From the NCBI GenBank assembly GCA_012295275.1, contig CM022666.1, positions 10,230,001 through 10,294,000 on the forward strand: DNA of 64,000 nt. The letters run 5' to 3'. This DNA comes from Chrysomallon squamiferum. Lineage: Eukaryota > Animalia > Mollusca. Below, piece by piece: positions 57,262 through 64,000 of this stretch; position 1 is the stretch's first letter; each line of letters starts with the position of its first letter. Made by a program: the position numbers and the translations under genes. The notes below the pieces were generated by a model, which saw only the letters and a program-made list of their open reading frames with translations, had not been told where the DNA came from and ran no database searches.

Positions 57262-60200
57262 AGGTAATAATCTTGAAGTAATGACTTAACTATTTCAATT
57301 ATTTTAGCTGCTGGTCAAGCTGCAGATCCAAATGCAACTCTGAGTGATCATCTCCTAGTAGCAGTGCTGGCATTGCTAAGGAAAGAAGTATCTGAACATG
57401 GTCGTCATCTTCAGCAGTACTTTCATCTTTTCCTTATGTACCTCAATTTGGGTATTGTTGAGGTAAATAATGAATTACATGCTCTTTCAGTGTGTAATAT
57501 GAAGACTGCACACCTTAGGAGCTTTATAATTTTTAAATTTTAATTTAAATTGAATGTGTCAGTCAGAGCTTGTTTATTTGAAATATCATAAATTGTTTCT
57601 CCAAAGTAGGAAATGTTACAAAAGATAATATTTATTATTATGGTTTTGTTTTAATAAAAAAATACATACAAATTTTTTTAAAACATTGACTTTTCTTTTT
57701 ATTCACAGAAACAGCAGCTCCTGCGGCTAAATGTCCCTGCACAGTTTATTATGGTAGCACTTGATGAAGGACCTGGACCACCAATCAAATACCAGTATGC
57801 TGAATTGAGCAAACTGTATTCTGTTGTGTCTCACCTTGTTCGTTGCTGTGATGTGTCTGCAAGATATCAGTGCTCTGTTTCAGTAAGACATTTGCTACAA
57901 TATTCTTCATTGAATTAATATGTCATCTTTTAAGACATTATAGAATTATACATTTATTTATGTTTTATAAAACAAATATAACGTTAGCATATAAAAATTA
58001 TGAATTTTCTTTAGTTTGCATTGATTAGTTTATGGTGGATTTAAATTTTTCCTATTTCTTTATTCAGTCTTCTATTAAGAAGAGGGTTTCACAAAGTGTA
58101 TAAACTATTAGAATTTCTGTGTTACGTCAAAACCATTTTACAATTTTTTAACTGTTTCTAATAATTTACACTAAATGTTGTTTTTTGGGGGGTTATTTCA
58201 GGGTCAGCAGTGCCTCCCAAATCCTCATGGAGATCCTCAGTGTCCTCAGCCATTGATGGAAATTCAAAGACAAGTGGATGACTTACTGTTTAACAGGTCA
58301 AATTATGTTAAAAAGATCATAGAAGAATGCAACAATTCAGAAGATACAACAAAACTATTAAAAGTAAGTTGTTATTTGTAAAAATGTGAAAAAGATTATC
58401 CAGGTATAAAATATATTTTAGATATTTAGGGTTTGAACTATCAGTTATACCTTAGAAAAGAGACATAAAAATACCAAAAAATATATCAAATTCCCAAGGG
58501 CCCCGGATTGGGTTGATTTCATTGGTTTCAACTCAAAATCAGGATCTCAATAAATGATAGGTCAAATGCAATAAATAAGTGAATGTGTGTGTTTTAACAT
58601 GTTTTTCTATTTAGTGAATTTTTAAAAATATTTTTTTTAAGCTGATCTTTTCTGTGTCTCAGACTGTTTTTAGTTGTAGCCTGGTGTTTTATTTGTATAA
58701 ATAGCAATGAAATGGCAATCAAATATAAACAAAGTGTATTTTTGCAGTCGTATGACACATTTTAGTTGCTTGTTTGATTGGAAATTTGTCAAAAATATCT
58801 CTTTTTTTATATATTTCATTTTTATTTTTTTATTTTTTTATTTTTATTTTTTTTGGATGGGGGTATTCCACTAGAATATTCCTTTTCAGAATCACATCTA
58901 AAACATAACAAACAGAATGATATCTTTTATTTTTATTAATTATAAAATATGAATAAATTGAGAAATATATTTTAATAATTTTCTATTTCAGTTTTGCTGC
59001 TGGGAAAATCCACATTTTTCATCAGTTGTTTTGGGAGAACTGTTGTGGCAGGTATGCAATACATATCCAAATAAAAACAGCAATTTTCTTTAGAAAATCC
59101 AGATTTATATATTACTTACTCATTTTACTTGAAAACTTTTATTTTTTTTTATTTTTTATATATATTAAACTTTGTTTTAGGTTGCTTATTCCTACACTTA
59201 TGAACTGAGACCATACCTAGATCTGTTGTTGCAAATGCTTTTGTTAGAAGATTCCTGGCAGAACCACAGGATACACAATGCTCTTAAAGGTAATGTTACT
59301 AGATGTTATTATATCAGTGTGGATGTTACTTATTAGCAAATTATATACATTTGTCACAATCAGGTCACTTTACATGAATTGTAATTTGAAGCGTATGAAA
59401 ATGTACTAGTCATTTACAAATATATGTACTATATATTGTAGCAAAATAGTTGTAATTATGGAAGATAATCTGATTCATATTTAAGGGGTTTTTTTTAATT
59501 TTAAATAAATTAGTGTGATGATTTATTTTAAGGTATTCCAGATGATCGTGATGGATTATTTGACACAATTCAAAGATCGAAGAACCACTACCAGAAAAGA
59601 GCCTACCAGTGTATCAAGATGATGGTTGCTCTTTTCACACAGTAAGATTTTTCATTATTATTATTTCTGTATTTTGTTTAAATAATTGTTTAAATTGTCA
59701 GTATTAATTGAGAGAAAATTATATTTTTGTTAATAAATTTTTCTTAAATCTGTTTTCTTTGAATTTTACCTTAGTGGCAGAGATACATTTTGCTTTTCAT
59801 ATCCATTATTTTGCTTCATTATAAAAACTGTATTACATAATATGCAAATATTTGTTAAATAAACACGTTCAAATAATATGTAATGTTGTAGCTGTCCACA
59901 AGCAGCACAGATGTTACAGACAAATGGAGATCTGAAGAGGAAGTGGACAGGCGCTGTTGACTGGCTCACTGATGAGCTGGAAAGAGTAAGTAATCATAGT
60001 GTAAAAGAAAACCAAAATGAATCACATAGAACATAAAAGTATGTATTTTGTTAATTTAATCTGATCTTTTTAGGTGTGTGTGTGGAAGAAAAAAGAAGAA
60101 ACAAAATTCTGCACAATTATTTCCTTTTTGATTTTGTATTATTTAACATGGTATATTTTGTATGTAGAGGTGATGTCAGAATTATTTATATACAAATGAA

Positions 60201-61214
60201 TGTTGTTAACAAATCTTTAGCTTTAAACCAGAACAAAACTTTAATTATAAATTATTTCCATCTTCAGAGACCCTATCCTGGAAATGCACAGTACTCATAC
60301 AATAATTGGTCCCCTCCAGCACAATCCAATGAAACATCAAATGGGTAAGCAATGAGACTATTTATGTTTAATCTTGGCTAACTAAAGGTATTATTTTCCA
60401 AAGTTAGCCTATTTAATTAGATACCATGATCATGTTTTAAAATATTACTGATTATCAAGCCATGTTGAAATAAATTTAATGCTAATACTTGCCCAAATTA
60501 TAAATTGTAAAGGATATGATTTTTATTTACATCACACATATTAATAGTTGCTTATTTGATATATTCTATTTTAGATACTTTTTAGAGAGGTCACAGAGTG
60601 CTAGACTCACACTAGAAAAAGCCTACGAGCTATGTCCTGGTGAGGTATGTTGTAAATGAATTCCTTATTTTGGGGGAATTAGCTCTGTGGCATAAATTCA
60701 TATGCTTATCTTCATTTCATTTTATTTTTTGTAAATCCAGTCTTGATTAAAAATTATAAAAAAGCATTTTTTGTTTTAAGATAGCATGAGTAATATAAAT
60801 TTTATAAAAGTTCTGTGGTGACTTAAATGTTGAAACTGTCATTTTTGTATTAATGAATATGTTTTTTCTTTTAATTATACATAAAGCTAATTGGTTGTTA
60901 AAAAGCAGACTATTTGTTTTCAGGAACCAGAAGAAGGTGATTTAACTGATGAACAAGAGAGTAACCATGACGATCCAGTCCCTGGCTATTCACACCAACA
61001 AGTAGTTGGTCAGCCTGGACAGGTAACCGCTCCTCAGCCTGTGCCCAACAATCAAGTTCAAGTGCAGTCTGTTGCTCACCCAGTTCAACCTAGCAACCAA
61101 ATCAGTAACCAGTTGAACCAGCAGCAACAAACCCCAACACCAGCTGTAACTGCTCCAGGAAACCAAGAAACAGGAGAAGATGACCGAGGAAGTGTACCAA
61201 GGAGTGGAGACTGA
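16962..61214 (+). CDS. USP9X: Ubiquitin carboxyl-terminal hydrolase FAF-X / USP9X ortholog; complete CDS, 58 coding exons, about 2575 aa
   Basis: Manual phase-consistent splicing (all GT-AG): 16962-17376,17562-17674,19169-19281,19470-19575,23138-23253,23457-23523,23788-23972,24651-24789,25265-25522,25716-25814,26055-26162,26336-26452,26825-26975,31470-31557,31928-31979,32154-32225,32421-32524,32941-33058,33411-33718,36265-36505,36797-36934,37278-37398,37763-37887,38104-38166,38348-38439,38776-39013,39175-39300,39561-39727,42509-42620,42846-42901,44513-44603,44832-44978,45289-45499,45929-46047,46381-46482,46736-46908,47106-47279,47528-47669,48092-48177,48431-48522,48654-48771,49069-49147,49286-49350,53327-53445,53689-53861,54160-54251,54392-54533,54887-54980,57308-57462,57709-57882,58202-58363,58992-59051,59181-59289,59533-59641,59892-59985,60268-60344,60575-60644,60924-61214 (sum 7728 nt). 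USP9-diagnostic peptides: [109 protein letters not shown]. Confidence 0.96.
18053..18093. repeat. (CA)n microsatellite
   Basis: Direct inspection. Confidence 0.95.
20577..21229 (-). mobile_element. Ginger2/TDD-like (KRBA2/SCAND3-type integrase) deletion derivative nested in copy A
   Basis: TIR TGTTACAGTCAATATGT...ACATATTGACTGTAATA plus inner inverted taggcatttagcctaatgcccaag. ORF fragment [24 protein letters not shown]. The empty site is visible in copy D (about 43050-43100). Confidence 0.7.
21800..21862. repeat. (TA)n microsatellite inside copy A
   Basis: Direct inspection. Confidence 0.92.
27160..31305. mobile_element. Non-autonomous TIR element, copy B (hATw-like), carrying an Academ fragment
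   Basis: taggtatcagcagg...ctgctggtaccta with a perfect 7-bp TSD cattgtg (27153-27159, 31306-31312). Confidence 0.8.
27637..30660 (-). mobile_element. Academ (XPG-nuclease type) DNA transposon fragment, transposase pseudogene
   Basis: One terminus TAGTCCGGTGGC. Frameshifted - strand ORFs contain [15 protein letters not shown] (XPG/PIN), [14 protein letters not shown] (H3TH-like), LPPSKEAF and a C-terminal Cys-rich finger RCGC..C...CGC...LPCTMFCGC. Confidence 0.78.
33954..35962. mobile_element. Non-autonomous TIR element, copy C (hATw-like)
   Basis: taggtaccagcgg...ctgccagtacctt; TSD cgttatt/cattatt; strong similarity to copy A over 33980-34770 and 34800-35100. Confidence 0.75.
39873..42431 (-). 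mobile_element. hAT Buster/Charlie transposon, near full-length transposase pseudogene
   Basis: TIR CAGTGATTCCCAA...TTGGGAAACACTG; perfect 8-bp TSD ACCTAGGA (nnnTAnnn type). Motifs [54 protein letters not shown]. Confidence 0.93.
42991..44343. mobile_element. Non-autonomous TIR element, copy D (hATw-like, internally deleted)
   Basis: Right end ctgctggtaccta; decayed left end; probable TSD aattaaa/aattaca; 43820-44343 is closely similar to 30663-31187 of copy B. Confidence 0.7.
45929..46047 (+). CDS. USP9X: USP9X exon encoding the USP Cys box (catalytic Cys codon 46021-46023)
   Basis: Translates [34 protein letters not shown]. Confidence 0.97.
48654..48771 (+). CDS. USP9X: USP9X exon encoding the USP His box
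   Basis: Translates ...[25 protein letters not shown]; the next exon gives [10 protein letters not shown]. Confidence 0.97.
49438..53111. mobile_element. TIR element E with the same 12-bp TIR (TAGGTACCAGCA) but a different interior
   Basis: taggtaccagca at 49438 and tgctggtaccta ending at 53111; TSD ttatttt/ttattat. Confidence 0.65.
51867..52678. mobile_element. Probable non-autonomous hAT-type MITE nested in element E
   Basis: GC-rich ends cggggccag... and ...gcgctggccttg with repeated gcaccctaggca subterminal motif; sits between microsatellites; TSD not resolved. Confidence 0.45.
55111..57179 (-). mobile_element. Degenerate hAT transposon with CGGBP1-like N-terminus (hAT19-like)
   Basis: ORF fragment [37 protein letters not shown]; hAT motif (R)[12 protein letters not shown] near 55690-55730; imperfect TIR taaatccagtgtttttc / ggaaaaccattgggtcta. 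Confidence 0.68.
57203..57260. repeat. (TTTA)n followed by a poly-T run of about 40 nt
   Basis: Direct inspection. Confidence 0.9.
60924..61214 (+). CDS. USP9X: USP9X terminal coding exon (Q/P-rich tail, TGA stop)
   Basis: Acceptor tgttttcag; EPEEGD...RSGD* continues in frame from ELCPGE. Confidence 0.88.
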   Translation, partial: EPEEGDLTDEQESNHDDPVPGYSHQQVVGQPGQVTAPQPVPNNQVQVQSVAHPVQPSNQISNQLNQQQQTPTPAVTAPGNQETGEDDRGSVPRSGD

Positions 61215-62640
61215 ACACTGGAGATTTGACAATATGATGAACTCAAAAAGTAGATGTTTCTCATGAAGCATTTAATAGTCTTTGCAAGAAATGGTTTATT
61301 TCCTGATCAGCATTCAGTATGCTGAGGACAGAGAATTCCTACTACAAATGTTTTCTTCCTTGCCATAAGTTTGTGATGATGATTTGTTAGTGGCAAGATA
61401 CGATTACAATAAAAATGTGATAATATGTATAAGACATACATATATTCCAATCCATTGTTATATTTATTGACTAGTTACTGGAGAGACAGTTTAAAAACTT
61501 CAGAAGGAAATTTTTTTTTTTCTTATATGGTTTTAAATGTGGATATTAAGTGTATTTTTAAGAAAGTGATTTGGATTAAGCAAACTGTCAGAAGTGAAAA
61601 AAACAAAACAAAAATAAAACAGCTTGTAGTGTTTTGTGAACTTTGTGCTTAAACAGTTAGATGTAATACAAGATGTTTATGATCAGAGCATACATCAGTA
61701 TTTATTTTGAATTTAATTACGTAACAGCTAAAGTTGAAAGTGTTTAACAATTTTGTTGACATTTATCACATTGTCATTAATAAAAATATTTCCACTATTA
61801 AATAAACAGTGAGTATGAATGTAGCTAGTTGTTACTTACAGAAGACAGACATGACCAGTATAATTTTGTTTATTTTTTCCAGTGAAAAATTTGCAGACAG
61901 CATTTCTTTAAGATAGTAAAATTATAATAATAATCCATCTATCAGAAATGTATAATAAATCTTCTGACTTTATGATGTTGGGAAAGCTCTTTCAGGTTTC
62001 CTGGAATTTTTTTTTTTTTTTTTTTTTATTAATATTTTCTTGATACACAATGACTAAAGTAATGTGCAGCAACCTGAATGTCTCTGATTAATACTCCCAA
62101 ATATGTTACATTATTATGTTCAGTTAACTAATCTATGTTGTTTTTTATTATTATCATTAATAAAAATACTTGGAGGGTAAGTGTACATCTTCAGAAGAAC
62201 ATAATAATGTTAGGTCTTTAAATATTTCTAAATCTCTATATTTTGTGTAATTACTCATTTTCATTTTTCTTACAAAACAAACTATAAATAAAACTTTTGG
62301 CTAAATGCTGTTGGCTAATTTGATGAATAATAAAAATGTTCTACTCTTAGTAAGTGGATATTTTTTCACACAATTTCTGTGTATGTAATAGGAAAATCAT
62401 CTGTCATGAACATTGAAAATGAATATGCCAATCCTAACAGTATGTTAAAATTTAGCTAACTGCTGCATAATGAATACAATTTGCACTTCTAATTATAGAT
62501 TTTAATAGTAAATCATTTCTATGTAAACAAAACTCTCCCAATATTACAGAAGTAAATGTTTATATAGTTATTAATATCTATTTTATTAGTTATTTTATTT
62601 TTATGTTTCTGACTGATATCACCAAGCCTCTGTGAAATGG

Positions 62641-62646
62641 AATAAA
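62641..62646 (+). terminator. Candidate USP9X polyadenylation signal AATAAA (alternative at 63457-63462)
   Basis: AATAAA followed by GU-rich gttgtgttattgt. The second candidate has upstream TGTA elements. The AT-rich background makes either call weak. Confidence 0.35.
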
Positions 62647-64000
62647 AGTTGTGTTATTGTCATGGAATTGGGTATGTGTCTAGATACATAGATTTTATTT
62701 ATTTGCAAATGGTCTTGAAGTATGTACACTGTCCTGTTTGTATACTTCTGTGTATATGATATACATTATATAAGTTCTTTTTTTTTTTTTTTGTAGTTTA
62801 CTGAAATATCAATGTTGTAAATCTTAGGAACAATACATGCTTGTTGCCACAGGGTGTTTTGTTATTTGTAATTTATTTGAAATTTAATTTAATGTTGAAT
62901 GCATTGTAATCAAATGTGCTTATGTCAGCTTTTCTATGCATTGAAATGTTAAACAGTTAACATGTATTCTATTTTGTTCCAAATACAACTGACTTATATT
63001 ACTTCAAAGGAAGGGACTGAAACAAACTATATATATTTTTTATAGAATGTGCACAAATACAGATGAAATGAACAAAAAGTTTTAGGACATTTTAAAACAG
63101 ATAAAGAGATGCAGGAATATGATTGTGAATCCTAAACCTTTTTGTTTCAAAGTAGTTATGGAATGGTAAATGAAGTTCTATTGTTTTTAATGTGTTTATA
63201 AGAAACTGCAGAAAAACAGATGATACAGAACCAAGGGCAGAATGAGGATATTATATCTTTTACATGTTAAAGAAATAATTTACAAATGGGGCAACAAAAT
63301 ATAATATTTCGTAAGATATTTATTCTTTATGAAAACATTCTGCCAACAAGTAACAATATTGTGGAAACACAAATGCCCGATTCATAGGTATCAATCACTT
63401 AGAATATATATACTGATAGCTGTACATAACAATGGTATTGTGTGAAATCTTTTTTAAATAAAAATGTACATTTTGGTGAAATCTTGTGAATGAGCTTTTA
63501 TCATTTTGTCAATTATGTTGCTGTGTATTGGATCATAATATTTTCGCATATTTTATATATAAAATTCCAACTATATAATATTGACATAATGTTGTGCACA
63601 GTGTTTCAACTTTGTACAGAAAGGAATAAATGATTATTAGAATTATCTTTTTCTTCCTTTCTTGTTTAACATATATGTAAGTTAATGTCTGGATGTGACT
63701 AATATTCAGAAGTGACAAAACTGATACTTTCCTTTCCTGAGTTATTGATGGACAAGAAGATTTATTTTTATTATTTTTATTAAATACTTTAAAAATGCAC
63801 CATTTTACATGTATGATCAACTATCTTACAAATTCTAAATATTTGGATTTTTTAAAGACAAAAACACTGGAGAGATAACAGATACTCATTTTTATTTGTT
63901 TTTATTTGTTTTTATTATTTTAAATTAATTTGTGAAACCAAGCTTAGTTGGGTCATTCAATTAAGTTCAGGTTTGAATTTTGATATCTGGATAATCTGAC

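Noticed and set aside
61206-61230. Possible stop-codon readthrough at the USP9X TGA
   Set aside because: The context is TGA-ACA, not a TGA-CTAG-type motif, and another stop follows within a few codons.
1-64000. CRISPR arrays, prokaryotic operons or defence systems, rRNA/tRNA
   Set aside because: The sequence is spliced eukaryotic DNA. All repeats are microsatellites or transposon copies, and none has a repeat-spacer pattern.

Overview
AT-rich metazoan genomic DNA, probably a lophotrochozoan or mollusc (inferred from the repeat types; not certain). It is not prokaryotic. The window is dominated by a complete + strand USP9X/fat-facets deubiquitinase gene. I reconstructed it by hand as 58 GT-AG coding exons spanning 16962..61214 (about 2575 aa), with a probable non-coding first exon ending at 11751. 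Head-to-head with it, across a short CpG-retaining promoter, are the first three exons of a propionyl-CoA carboxylase alpha (PCCA)-like gene on the - strand, which continues off the left edge. Nearly all large introns are explained by transposons: Sola-like, Tigger, Nimb/I-group LINE, Buster hAT, CGGBP1-like hAT, Academ and Ginger2. The most unusual signal is a set of five insertions with TAGGTACCAGCA termini and 7-bp TSDs (hATw-like); several contain nested or captured cargo. I found no CRISPR array, rRNA or tRNA, and no evidence for a new multi-gene system beyond this transposon architecture.
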